A DNA stretch of 64,000 nt, taken from Gordius albopunctatus (taxonomy: Eukaryota). The position numbers and the translations under genes were made by a program. Shown piece by piece: positions 1-12,060 of this stretch (positions are counted from its first letter, which is position 1; each line of letters opens with the position of its first letter). Under the pieces are notes generated by a model. The model was not told the origin of the DNA. It did no database searches and was given only the letters and a program-made list of their open reading frames with translations. Where the stretch lies: contig OZ193909.1 of assembly GCA_964276515.1 (NCBI GenBank), forward strand, positions 12,214,001-12,278,000, read 5' to 3'.

Positions 1-1320
1 GGGTTTGAGCGGTGGTGTAGATGTTTTATGACCACTTTCATGTCTTTGTACAGAAAGAAGATAAGTCTAATAATTTTTTTGGGGATTCCTAGTAGACATA
101 AAGATTCCCATATGTAAAGGTTGGATAGGGAGTCGAAAGCTTTATGAATGTCGACAAATGTTAGGACTAAAGGAGATTTAGATTTAGAGGAGATGTCAAT
201 AATATTTTTGAGGGTCAGGATGTGTTCAATTGTGGTTTTTGACTTACGAAAGCCGGCTTGGTTACTTTTTAAATTAACGTCAATAAATTGATATATCCTC
301 CTGTATATTATTTTTATAAAAACCTTGGAAATGTTATTAATAATTGTGATCCCTCAAAAATTATCGGGAAGGGATGGGTCTCCTTTTTTATAGATTTTAC
401 TAAGTAGACCAGTAGACCAAGCGTGGGGGATGATCTCTTGTTGCCAGATTTTTGTGAAGAGTTGATGCAAGAGTTCGCTAGATAGGGTGTAATCAGCTTT
501 AAGGGCTTCCGCTGTGATTTTGTCTGCATCAGGTGCTTTATGAAGTTTGAGGGATTTTAACACGTATTTTATTTCATTCAAGGAGGGTGGTTCTACTCTG
601 ATAGAAGGGATGGTGGGTGTTTTGAAGTTATTAATGAATTCAAGGAATATGTCGGAACAGGGGATTGAATAAGGGCGATCTAGAATGGAACAAAAGTGGT
701 TCTCTCAAGCCTTCGTTTGGATCAAAAAATCGTTGGAGCTATGTTCGTTTTGTATTGTGTTGTAGTTATATTTATCTGCAAGTTTTGCGGTGATGTTCCT
801 GAGCACTTTGTAAAGGATGTGTGTACTGTTTGTGCGAGCAGCAGATTCTGCTTCATTTAGTTTTCTTGATAAGTAATTAGCCTTGTCCTTTTTTATTGCC
901 GCTTTAATCTTTTTAGTGAGATGTTGGACCCATGCTTTTTTATTTCTAAGTGTCTTATCCTTAAAGACTTTATACCGGGACTCGAGTAGATTAATGTTAT
1001 CGATGGAGAACCAGGACTTAATGTTGATATGAAGATGGTTACTCTGGGATGGGGTAAAAAACTTTGCTAAAGTGTCATTGTGGTCATTGACTGAGAGGGG
1101 GGGCAAGATCACCAAGTGCCTTCGAGTCTGTTTGTAATCTGGACTCAAGTTGAGAGATGTCTCTGATTATGTTTGCTCGAGATGGGTATTTTTTCAGTTT
1201 TTTTGACGAGTGGAGAGAGGAAGGATTAATAAAGAGATCGGTTGAGATGACAAAATGATCTGTTTTTAAGAGAGGCTGAAAGGTGTGGAAGTTCTTTATC
1301 ATTTTGTGGTTTCTTAGTTG
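1..1320 (-). mobile_element. Degenerate RTE-type LINE fragment (APE end, linker, RT start); runs off the window start
   Basis: Frameshifted ORFs 1084-1302, 705-1148 and 354-581 parallel the 8929-11811 protein (SNDFLIQTKA vs SNDFLAQTKA; SLKLHKAPDADKITAEALKAD vs SLKFHKAADPSGLTSEALKAD; YKKGDPSLPDN). Confidence 0.85.
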
Positions 1321-2151
1321 GCATTTATTTTTATCTTTGATAGATCATCCTTAATGTTGAATTCTATTAATTCTTACACAATCACTGCCAAATTACCGCA
1401 TCACTGTTCTAGTTAACGTAAAATTCTAATTTTTGTACTTCTGTAGTGTTTCATACATTGCCTTAATTGATTTTTAATTTAATTGACTAATTTACATGAC
1501 CTTACTACTTCGCGACGTTAATTGACCAATCACATACCTCCCGGTTTCACAACAAAATGTAATTGATTTATTCAATTAATTCGCGATTATATAAAGGAGT
1601 TTAAAACACTTCTTACAAAACTTACGAACTCTTTTCGTTTCCCTTTTTTGCTATCATGAAATAAAATAAATTCTTACTTTAAACTTCTCCTACTGACATT
1701 TATAACACAGACGCACCATTAATCAAGATCCATAAGATATTTAAAGAAAACTAACTTATGTCAAAATAATACTCGTTATTGTAAAAAGAAAACCAATCGA
1801 GGTCAGCATGAATGTAAAAAAGATATAATGTATTGAATGTATGATATTTGAGATCATTATTATTTTGTACTGATGGAAATTGATCATAAGATTATATTGT
1901 GAAATAAAGTGTAAAATTATTATATACTGGAACAGAAATCAAATTTAAATAAGAAACATAAAATATCTATATAATCACCACTATTCCATGTGCTCATCAA
2001 AATGGTGGAAAAAATGGTACACATTTTGTGCGTTGATAATCAGTCTATCTAGTCTATGTATATATGATAAAATAGAACAAAGGGTAAATCTAAAGTACGA
2101 AACAAATCGATCTTCTCTTTTATAATAAATATTAAAATTTTTGGTTCTTAA

Positions 2152-3087
2152 TTATATTTCCTCGATAAGTATTAAAGGTGAGTGAACGTCTCGTTTCGGG
2201 GAAGGCGTTGGACCTATGTTAAATTGACTTTCCTTTAGGCGTAACTGACGGTTGTACACTTGCAGCAATTCTTGTGTATATAAAAATCTATTCTTTAGTT
2301 GGTCGAAATGCTTCCGCAATAGCCTCCCATTCGCTTCCACTGAGTAGGACAACAGTTCCGTTCTTGTTGCAATGAAGCTTTCATTCCAACCTTGACTCGA
2401 TTTATTTCTTACCCATACCGGTTGCTCAGGAAGGAATACTCCTGCTTTTAATTCCTTATCATGCACCAAGCTATCGACAATGACTGGAGATTTATGCCAA
2501 ACCTTGTACGCGAACCCTGAAACGGCAGTATCGGTAGGGCCATCACCATCCTTGCAATTTTCTTGCCTCTCTTTGGCCACTTTCCATATCGGCCTGGCTT
2601 CTTCGTTGGTGGCTTCATGCTCTTTGTCGTAGGCCCTTGTTATTATTTGCTTGTACAATGTCTCGGCTTCTTTGTACTTTCCTTTATTTTGACACAAGAG
2701 GGCGAAGTTTTTAAGTCGCTCAGCAACGTCTCGGTCATAAAAACCCATTAAATTTTCCCAAATTTCCAGGCCCCGCTTGCAAAGTGTCTCGGCCTCCTTG
2801 TAGTTGCCCTGTTTTCCATACAAAACGGCTAGATTGTTGAGCGTGGGAAGTATTTCGTAACCAGAATTCAAGATGGAACCCGACCCATTGCTTCTTCGCG
2901 ATTGGCCGTATATACTAGTTCCGTTATTAGCACCGTCTGAGTCTGCCTGGTAATCTTCGAATCCGAGATTTATGAGTGTTAGGTTTGATGCCCGATGGTC
3001 ACCCCCGCTATCGCTTGCCGACCCCGTGCTTATGGTATGTTGTAGTTGGTTAAAGTGGTTAGAGTTTATGCCTTTGCGCTTATGCAA
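2152..3087 (-). pseudogene. Chimeric ORF: kinesin light chain fragment (acidic linker + TPRs, about 3080-2470) fused in frame to a Gypsy integrase C-terminal segment (about 2469-2278)
   Basis: GYEI, TLNNLAVLYGKQGNYKEAETLCKRGLEI, ALLCQNKGKY and AETLYKQIITRA..E....RPIW match KLC. FLPEQPVWVRN...W...SYSVEANGRLLRKHFDQLKNR matches Gypsy IN tails. The ORF start is TTG, not ATG. Confidence 0.8.
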
Positions 3088-3264
3088 ATGAGTGAGGGAA
3101 ATAAGGCTTAAAGTAATAGGTGTGCGAATAAAATATTCGGTTATGTGAATTAGAAGTAAGCGGCTATGTAAATGGCAGGTCTCAAGTTAGTGGAGACGGG
3201 CAGTATATCCAACTGTTGGGAAGCATCCCTCATGCAGATGAAGGCGCCTCGACAGAGTTGGAAG

Positions 3265-4675
3265 CAGAGACCAGAAATGCCCGGCCCGCCCAGCCCGTTA
3301 ATTTTTGGGCGGGCACGGGCGGGCACGCTGATATGATTCGGGGAATTCGGGCATGCCCAAAATTTTATCCAATTAATTTTCCTTTAAAAAAGAAAAATTC
3401 GATTATAAACAATTTTGGGCCATAATAAATTTGATTAGATTTTTTTCCATAGCTTAAATCTTCATTGTACGTTTATATAATGTCCTAATTTCAATTTCTT
3501 CAAAATTAAATTTTATTTCGAATAAATTAGTTTAACTGGTTTGTCTCAAGATCAAAAATTTTTAATTTTCAGATTATATTATAAAAGAATAAAATCACAA
3601 CGATTTAAACTGCCATGGGCGTAGACAAAGGGGGGGGGGGGGCAGGAAGGGGCAGCTGCCCCCCTCTAAACTCAAACATTTGTTAAAATGTATTAAAATT
3701 ATGGCTAAATTTTCAAAAAATGATCATTTTGCCCCTCCCTAAATCATTATTGCCCCCTCTAATTTTAATGCTGGTTACGCCCATGTAAACTGCTACTCTA
3801 ATCTAATACTATGGAAGAAACCATTTTACTCTCTGGTAGTAAATTATTTTACTACATTTTTATCGCGTTCAGTTAAATCTTTGCCCTACTCCATTATGGA
3901 AAGGATTGGATTATTTATATTTATGTAGCCAAAGCATTTATTGTTCGCAATACACTACACATGTGTGCCGTCTAGACTTAAAACAAAGGCTCATGCTATT
4001 TTCTAACAATGCGCATAATTGTAATTCATTTAATTTCTTAACAACTAAAAAAACATGGTGGAAAAATAAAGCAAACAAGTCATATTAAACTTATTAAAAA
4101 TTATAACTATTTTATGTATCTTAAATTAGCAAGGTTTACAAAAATACTCTTTGCCATCCCGGCGACGAGTGCTACTAGTGAAAGAAGTTTTTCTATAGGA
4201 AAGACGCACAAGATTATCCCCGGAAATTGTCGACGATATGAATAATAAAATATTGTCATCTTTGTTTGGATCAATATGCCATTAATTTAATGCTTATTTT
4301 GTAATAGTGGTTGAAAGATTTTGGGATTGGATAATTTCGGGTCTACCGGGAAAATTTTATTAATCAGGCCGGGCAGCTCTAATGGTTTGGGCATGGGTGA
4401 GCCGACACTTAGAAGGGTTCAGGCGGGCAATTTATTTAAAAATTTTGACCGGGCCGGGTTCGGGCAGAAAAATTTAAACTACTCCGACATCTTTTTGGGA
4501 CCTCATAAATTAGGGACTATCGGGCAAATTTAATATTTCGGGTCGGGTAATTCGGGCAGCTTTAACAATTCGGGTGGACCCCGGCGGACACTTAGATGGG
4601 TTCGGGCGGCAATGAAGTTAAAAAATTTAGTCGGGCCGGGTTCGGGCAGAAAATTCCTAACAAATCTGACCTCTG
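3265..4675 (+). mobile_element. Non-autonomous hAT element, family A copy 1
   Basis: Imperfect TIRs CAGAGACCAGAAAT / AAATCTGACCTCTG; exact 8-bp TSD GTTGGAAG (3257-3264, 4676-4683); CCCG/CGGG subterminal repeats; close copy at 58305-59731. Confidence 0.9.
3614..3785 (+). mobile_element. G/C-tract MITE (172 bp) nested in the family A hAT element
   Basis: TIRs CATGGGCGTA / TACGCCCATG; exact 8-bp TSD TAAACTGC (3606-3613, 3786-3793). Relatives near 21070-21215, 25596-25704, 41240-41358, 44037-44218, 57756-57913, 58686-58851. Confidence 0.85.
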
Positions 4676-5042
4676 GTTGGAAGCATCCCTCATTCAAATG
4701 AGAGTCGCTTCGACAGGGTTTTTAAGGCTGGTTTGTTACACTGTGCTTTAATCTTGTTTTTTCTTCTTCTCTACTAGTAACTGCGATTGCCCACGAAGAA
4801 ACCAACGGCCCTAACCCAATACCTTATTGGTTAACCTTTGACGTCCCTCATTGTAACCGATTGGTTACGGGGATACTTCTTCTCCACGGCCATCGTCCCT
4901 TCCATACTTTTATATATATCGGGAAACTTTATCTGATACATTATTAACCTATATTGTATAACCCAATTGTACAAATTGATTTATTAAATAAAGGATTCAA
5001 AACCAGAGGTTGCGGTTATAAGATGGGTTGCGGTTATAAAAC

Positions 5043-5056
5043 TGGTAGCACGAGGA
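5043..5056 (+). other. Putative primer-binding site (initiator tRNA-Met-like)
   Basis: TGGTAGCACGAGGA resembles the complement of the animal iMet tRNA 3' end (TGGTAGCAGAGGA) with one extra base; lies upstream of gag. Confidence 0.45.
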
Positions 5057-6747
5057 AAAACCCTCGAAAGACAAACAAATTTGGTAAGACGAGCAATCGC
5101 CAACAACAATCCGAGGAACCGTCATAGGTTTATTTATTTTTGATGGAAAAATCTTCTTTAATATTTATTATTTTGATTTTAATTTTTGCAATGTCACTAT
5201 ATAATAGGACATTTAGAATATTTTTGGTTAAATTATTGATTCTAACGTTGTAATTCCATTTAGTTTACATATTATTAATATATTCTTACGCAAAATTTTG
5301 ACTTTATTGATTTTGGATTTTAATAAAACATTGACGCGATAATTTAACTTATTTAATTCTGGTTATCAATCGCAATGTTTTTGCCAAAAGATTCATTTTC
5401 GTATTTAAATTTAATTTTAAACGACAATATGTTTGTCATGTTGTTAATAATCATGGTCACTTTAGTAATAATTTTTATAAGAATGCATCTCGTAGAACAG
5501 GTTTACAGGGTTAAGACCTCGGTCCCGTGGTGTTTTTACTGTAATAAAGCGGGGCACGTCAGGTACAATTGTAGACTGTTTTATAATTTTAGAAATAAAA
5601 CAGCTATTTATAGGCAGCGCTCGTGCGACGCATATAGGCGACGTGGTGGTAACTTTTACGTAGATAACGATAGTCAGGGTAATAGTAATAATTTTGGTGT
5701 CAGGGGCACGCAGGAAAATTATTTTAATCCTGGCCCCCGTAACTTTAATTGATGCTTGATTGGCGCCGACAGCACTAATATTGTTTATATTAATTTTTTT
5801 AATTCTTCACAAACTCCGGTGGTTAATTTAAACGTTGAAGGCAAGCAAATAAACTTTGTAGTAGATTCTGGGACATCAATCTCGTTTATAAATAAATGTA
5901 ATTTTTTAAAGTTTTTGCCTTTTAAAAACATCAATAAAAGTCATGTGTCGGTGAAACAATTAGACGGTTTAAATATTAAAATTCTGGGGAGTACCAAAGT
6001 TCGAGTAGATGCAGGCGAGGAAGTTTTGGAATTAGAGTTATTCGTTATCTATGAGAAAATAGATAATATTATGGGGTGGAATTGGATTAAATTAATTGGC
6101 CCTCTAGTTAATTGATGGGCCATTTGTAAAAATCCCACGTATAATAGAAAAATCAATTGTTTAATTAATAATGCTGATGGCCATGCAACACCCGGTTTCA
6201 AGGTAGCATCTATGCATAAATCCTCGGTTGTTATTAATGAGGGAATGCACTCAGTTAATGAGTCAACTCGGGTTTAGAGGCAAAGGTTTTCGATAAAAAG
6301 CCTACGACCTCTGTTTGGTTTGATTGTGATGGTCCGTACGTCGGGAGACTGTGACATTTTAACATTGATAGGATTAAAGTGGAATATAGTGAAATTTTTC
6401 GGGAAGAATTAGGTTGTTTAAATGATAACGTTTTTTCGATAAGGATTCACTCAGATGCAGTTCCTCGTTTTTGTCCTGCCCGTCGAATACCGTTTATATG
6501 AATTGATAAGGTCAATAAAATTATAAATAGTTGGTTAAAGGATAATATTATTTAACCAATAGAGTATTCTGAGTGGGCCACCCCATTAGTTTCCTTTAAG
6601 AAAAATGACGGTAGTATACGGGTGTGTGCTGACTATAGAATCACTATTAATAAACATGTGATTGATGTTAAATACCCCTTACCCAGAGTTGAATGTGTTT
6701 TAGCTAATTTAAAAGGGTCTAAATTCTTTTCAAAGTTAGATCTCAAG

Positions 6748-9700
6748 TTAATTCACGAAATTTAAACTAAAAAATGAGTTGTATGTTTCTCAGTTGACCC
6801 GGATTCACATAAAATGGCACTGATGGAGAAGTTTACAAAGATTCTAGGAAAATTTTGTATGAAATCTGGTGTTAACCACATCTGCATATGGAACCCTAGG
6901 ATTACTTGGAAGCGACAAAAGGAGTAGGAACATGTAATAATATTTGGCAAAAGGTAAAACTATTATGAAGCCCAAAGGTAAAACTGCAACTATTCTTATA
7001 AACTTTGAAAATGTAAATATTAAAGTAATAAAGTATAATATAAGATTATCTTTGTATATTTTCTTAAATAATTGATAACTATTTATATATTAGCTCGAAC
7101 ATAAATCTTAACCATCATATTTATCTCTCAAATGTATAAAAATTATTTAAGCATCCTTAAGCCCAGACCTTTATTCAAACTAACTCATAGTGTCCAACCC
7201 CAAATAAATACTAGCTTATTTACCAACCGCGAACTCTAATATTAAAATGTTCTGTTAGCATTTTAGGATATTTATTTTACCTGAATACAAAATTTAGAAT
7301 AATATTTATAGGAAATTAGCATCCATACATTTTAGGGTAACTTACGTATTTTATTGGAATTTTGTTAGTATTTAATTGGAGCCTGTGAAATTATTGAAAA
7401 TAATTTAAACTGTTTTATGCCAATATATTCAATACCTTATGATTTGCTCTTAACTCAATTATTTTTGCATATCTATATTATATTCCCTACTTAAGCTTAT
7501 TAGTATTTATCATTGAATATTTTAGTATACATTTACTATTTATGTAATTTTACTATAGATGAAATGCCTTAAATCATTACACATTCCATAGGCTGACCAG
7601 GAAAATATTTTTTAATTTGTAACCATCATATGTCTCTCTTTCATAAAAAATACTTAATTAAAAGTTTTTTACACTATATCAACTTAGTGGAAGTTTATCT
7701 TATGACAATGTCAAATTTTAAGTTAGCCTCCCTTAATTTTTCTCTGCTCGCTAAGACTATCTCACTCCACCCCTCCTGCCCTCAGTTCTCCGTTATTAAA
7801 AAAAAAAAAATAATAATAACATGCTGACATAAGGACACACGTGCGTATGTAATCAATAATTTTCAATACGTTTACCGATTTTATACAATGTCACTCAAGT
7901 TTGCTTAAAACCTTTTGTCAAGCCCCCCCCCCTCTATTGTCTTCACACATAAGGGTCCGCCTGATACCTAACAATCCAGCTAGCAAAATATTTAATACAT
8001 AATAGGCAAAGAACTACCAAGCATAACACATATGGTTTATGTTTTTCTTTCTCCTTTATATTTATCCTAGTTTCTTTAGAGTCCTATACTAGTTTATTAA
8101 AAAGCAGCGTGGAAATTTTGAGCCCACAGGCACATATTTATACCATGACTATAACATTATACTCAACAACCTAATTAGAAACAAATAAACTGTTAAGCAA
8201 TGAGTAACTCCCTCGTCTATAGGCTTAAACTTTAGTAACGATTCTATCCCGCCTAAATTTTGATCCTGCGAGTCTGGCTTTACTTAAATTCTTCGGACTA
8301 GTCAACCCCCACCCCCCCCCCACAGTCCTGAATACTCTTCTTTAGACATTATCGGTATATGCCTATTTATACTATTTCACGGCTCTTACCCCCTTCCACA
8401 CAACAAGTCTCGTCGCTCCCAGGGGATTTAGGCGTCATGTAAGGTATATGCATGTGCATGTTGTTTCAAAGTGAGAATTTTCGTTGCAACAGCATAATCG
8501 AGATATTTAAGCTTCCCCCCTCCCGCATTACTCCCACGACCCGGCTACTCCTATAATACCCTGGTAATTTCTTTCCCTCGGCAAAATTATTATATGTGAA
8601 GGGACTAAGTTAACCACTCACTCCCCACTTATGTCTTCGTTAATACTTCATCTCGTCAGTTCTACTTATATGAGCTTTGGTTAAGACCCACTTACCCCCA
8701 AATCAAACCCAGGTCATTCAAGCCGCTAAGTACTTTAATCGTCATGCGTTTTCGGCTAGCCTCGCTCTTAGAAGAGATTTGAAACCGTTCAATTATTACT
8801 TCGTCATACTATTGGGCTAGGGCTCGTAGTCTGCATATCGACACCTCAAAATATATAAATTTAAGAAAGGTTCAACTCATCAGATCATAATTTCTGCCCC
8901 TACCGCGTCCTCACCAGCTTAACAGCTAATGAAGATCAAAATAGCTTCTATAAATATCAATTCCCTTATGATCCAAGGCAAACAACAGATGATGCTAACA
9001 TATGTAAGAAAGCATAAACTGGACATCCTATGTCTACAGCAGACGCGGATTCCTCATTCTAGGATCGACAGCAGCTCAGAGTACACCCTTTACCACGTGG
9101 GTTTTACAGATAACCCAGCAACAGGGGTTTCGACTTTCATAAATAAACGTCTTCCCGTTCTGAGTATCGACTGGGTAAATGAAAGGATTCTTATAATCAA
9201 TCTAACAATAGGGGTACGTGTGTTGTCGGTGATAAATGTTTATGCCCCTACATCCTCCTACAAAACTAAGGTTATTAACGAATTTTTCAGTCTTCTCTTT
9301 GACAAAATCAAAGAATTAAGCCGCAAGTCGGTGCCAATTATAATTGGCGACTTGAATTCATCCGTCGGGCGCACTGACCGTGACAACCATAATTTAATAG
9401 GCCCTAACACCCTAGGCTCCAACAACAAAAACGGTATTATTCTAAAAAAATGGTGCAATATGGGAAATTGGCGAATTACTTCAACTTTCTCAGATCTTCC
9501 ATATAATCGGCTGGCCACCTTCCGGAAAAAAAACAACTTGCAATCAAGCCAAATAGACCATCTGATCTGTAGGGTAAGACATCTAAAAATAGTCAAAAAC
9601 TTTCATGTAATCGTGGACCCCCTCACCGATGACGCCGACCATTGTGCAATAGCGGCTGAACTATTGCTGAAAGCAGCCACCCTACGTGTTCCTTCGACAC

Positions 9701-12060
9701 GCAAACCCCCCAAAATAAGGCCCCAAGGTCTGTCCCAAACCACTGAATTTAGGGACCACCTTAAACTAAAAATCCAAAATAGCAATCTCTCCGACCTGTC
9801 GATAAACGACCACAGCATAAAAATATCTGAAATATTTACAATCCCCTTGAAGGACCAGTGTCGAATTAGAACAAAGACATGGTTTTCAGAAAAAACAATC
9901 GGGCTCCTCAAGACAAAATCTAACATCTACTGTGATAGAAATGAGTTTCCTTTCAAAAACGCATGCATATCCGCCCTCAGCAAGAGGATTAAATCCAGCA
10001 TCAGACAAGATAAAATTGCGTTTATTAACGCAAAAACCACAGAGGCCGAAGCGGCAGCCCGTTCCAATAAAAATCACCAGCTATTTACCATTCTAGACAG
10101 CCTTAACTATAACACATTCTCCAAACGAGCCTACAACAGCATAAGCACAGTTGGCGGCTCAAACGACTTCTTGGCCCAAACCAAAGCTTGGGAAGACCAT
10201 TTTCGTTCAATTTTATCGGTCCAGCCCTTATTTCCTGTAGTGGATATATACAGAGGATTTATCGTTAACTTCAAAGGCCCACCAACCCTCCACATCGATA
10301 CGGACCCACCCTATTTAACTAAAATTGACAGAGCTATCAAGTCACTCAAATTCCACAAAGCGGCCGACCCGTCAGGCCTAACCTCGGAAGCACTCAAAGC
10401 TGACCCCCTTATCTTTAGCTCTCTTTTGCACCACTTGTTTCGGAAAGTTTGGACGAAAGAGGTAATACCGGACTCCTGGACAATAGGTCACTTGATCAAA
10501 CTGTTCAAAAAAGGTGATCCATCCAATCCCAACAACTACCGGGGCGTGACTATCATTAACCTTGAATCAAAAATATTCATCAAGGTTATTTACAATCGAA
10601 TTTACAGCGAGGTGGATGAAATAATTAAAAACAATCAAACTGGTTTTAGGAAGTGCCGTACGACGACAGAGCACATAATAACTTTAAGGAACATAATGGA
10701 TATTTCACGGACAAGCGGTTCCCCCTTGGTTCTTGTATTTTTGGACATCGCTAAAGCTTTTGATTCGCTGTGCCATCTATACATTTGGGAAGCACTATGC
10801 CTCTTAGGCTTGCCTAAGAAAATAATTCTCACGATCTTTCTACTCTACGAAAACATGAAACTAGTTATCTCCCACCTCCACCACAAATCGGAACCCTTAC
10901 CAGTAACATCTGGTGTCAGGCAAGGCTGTCCGCTGTCTCCTCTCCTCTTTATAATTGCGATGGATCTAATAATGAAGAGATCCACACTTCCGACAGATGG
11001 TATCAAACTAAACGGCACTACTCTATCATCCCTGTTGTTCGCAGACGACATTTGTCTAGTGGCCCCTTCTATCTCCAAAGCACAACTAATGTTAGACAGG
11101 TTCAGCATCCAAGCCAAGCAAGCAGGTCTGCTCATAAACCCCGACAAATGCTCTATGATATGCATAAACGATCCCTCGAACTCTACTCTGGTAATCAACA
11201 ACATCGTAATAAATGCATCTCAAAAAGTCCGATATTTGGGAGTGGAGCTTACTCCAGATACCTACGCCGAAGCGGATGCCGAATCGAAGCTCCGCCGGAC
11301 CATGGTCAAATTCTACTCTTGCTCGGTGATATGGCGCTCACGTCAACTGACGCTCCAGACGCGTTTGAGGATTTTCAAAGTCACGTTCCTACCAATCCTC
11401 CTATACGGTTGCGAATCTTGGTCGCTGAAGGCTCCTAGCTTAAAGAAACTGCAAGTCAGTCTTAATAAAATGCTACGTATCGTTTGCCGGATATTTTATC
11501 CGTTGAGAATAACCAACGAGGATCTATGGGTGCGTTGCAAAATCGCTCCAATTAAAAATATTCTACTCGCGAGAAAATGGGGTTTTTTGGCTCATCAAGT
11601 GCGGAGGAAGGGAACCAACTACTGTCTATCTTCCCTGTTCTGGTGTCCACCTCAACTAAAAGGTCGCAAATGCAATGGCAGCTGGCTTTACAAGGTGTTC
11701 CGCGATGTCCAAACAATGGGCCATGATTGGAATTCATTGCTGCCCATCATGCAAGACAGGAAACGTTGGAAAGACTTCTCAAAGAACAAATTATTGCGGC
11801 TCCCCCAGTAAGGATCTTCTCACACACTATTCATTTACGACCTTGCATTAAAGGCTTTACATTACTTTCAAGTCAACAGGTATTACATATTTACATGTCA
11901 TAATTACACTGCATGTTAATCATTTTTTTACAGCCTACTTACACACGTTATCACTAACGTGGCCTGATGCGCCATTTGGCGTTAGAAGGGGCTCAACCTT
12001 AGATTGCACTAACTAAGCTCTTGGGCGTCTTCGCGGCAAACTTACTTACTTACTTACTTA
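6748..12060 (+). mobile_element. RTE-clade non-LTR retrotransposon insertion, about 5.3 kb
   Basis: Bounded by identical 115-bp direct repeats of Gypsy RT sequence (6633-6747 = 12061-12175); single APE-RT ORF; (CTTA)5 tail at 12041-12060. Confidence 0.9.
8929..11811 (+). CDS. APE endonuclease-reverse transcriptase of RTE LINE (960 aa, uninterrupted)
   Basis: APE motifs SININ, VYAPT, GDLN, QIDH, ADH; RT motifs KKGD..NYRG, QTGFR, FLDIAKAFDS, GVRQGCPLSP, FADD, YLG; RTE-type C-terminus LLYGCESW...QDRKRWK. Confidence 0.95.
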   Translation: MKIKIASININSLMIQGKQQMMLTYVRKHKLDILCLQQTRIPHSRIDSSSEYTLYHVGFTDNPATGVSTFINKRLPVLSIDWVNERILIINLTIGVRVLSVINVYAPTSSYKTKVINEFFSLLFDKIKELSRKSVPIIIGDLNSSVGRTDRDNHNLIGPNTLGSNNKNGIILKKWCNMGNWRITSTFSDLPYNRLATFRKKNNLQSSQIDHLICRVRHLKIVKNFHVIVDPLTDDADHCAIAAELLLKAATLRVPSTRKPPKIRPQGLSQTTEFRDHLKLKIQNSNLSDLSINDHSIKISEIFTIPLKDQCRIRTKTWFSEKTIGLLKTKSNIYCDRNEFPFKNACISALSKRIKSSIRQDKIAFINAKTTEAEAAARSNKNHQLFTILDSLNYNTFSKRAYNSISTVGGSNDFLAQTKAWEDHFRSILSVQPLFPVVDIYRGFIVNFKGPPTLHIDTDPPYLTKIDRAIKSLKFHKAADPSGLTSEALKADPLIFSSLLHHLFRKVWTKEVIPDSWTIGHLIKLFKKGDPSNPNNYRGVTIINLESKIFIKVIYNRIYSEVDEIIKNNQTGFRKCRTTTEHIITLRNIMDISRTSGSPLVLVFLDIAKAFDSLCHLYIWEALCLLGLPKKIILTIFLLYENMKLVISHLHHKSEPLPVTSGVRQGCPLSPLLFIIAMDLIMKRSTLPTDGIKLNGTTLSSLLFADDICLVAPSISKAQLMLDRFSIQAKQAGLLINPDKCSMICINDPSNSTLVINNIVINASQKVRYLGVELTPDTYAEADAESKLRRTMVKFYSCSVIWRSRQLTLQTRLRIFKVTFLPILLYGCESWSLKAPSLKKLQVSLNKMLRIVCRIFYPLRITNEDLWVRCKIAPIKNILLARKWGFLAHQVRRKGTNYCLSSLFWCPPQLKGRKCNGSWLYKVFRDVQTMGHDWNSLLPIMQDRKRWKDFSKNKLLRLPQ

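Noticed and set aside
9258..11737. Antisense and alternative-frame ORFs in the LINE
   Set aside because: Shadows of the 960-aa ORF with no recognisable motifs.
11961..11990. Hammerhead ribozyme (CTGATG-stem-GAAG)
   Set aside because: Lacks A9 and GAAA of the core, and no stems I/III are visible; better read as a LINE 3' stem-loop.
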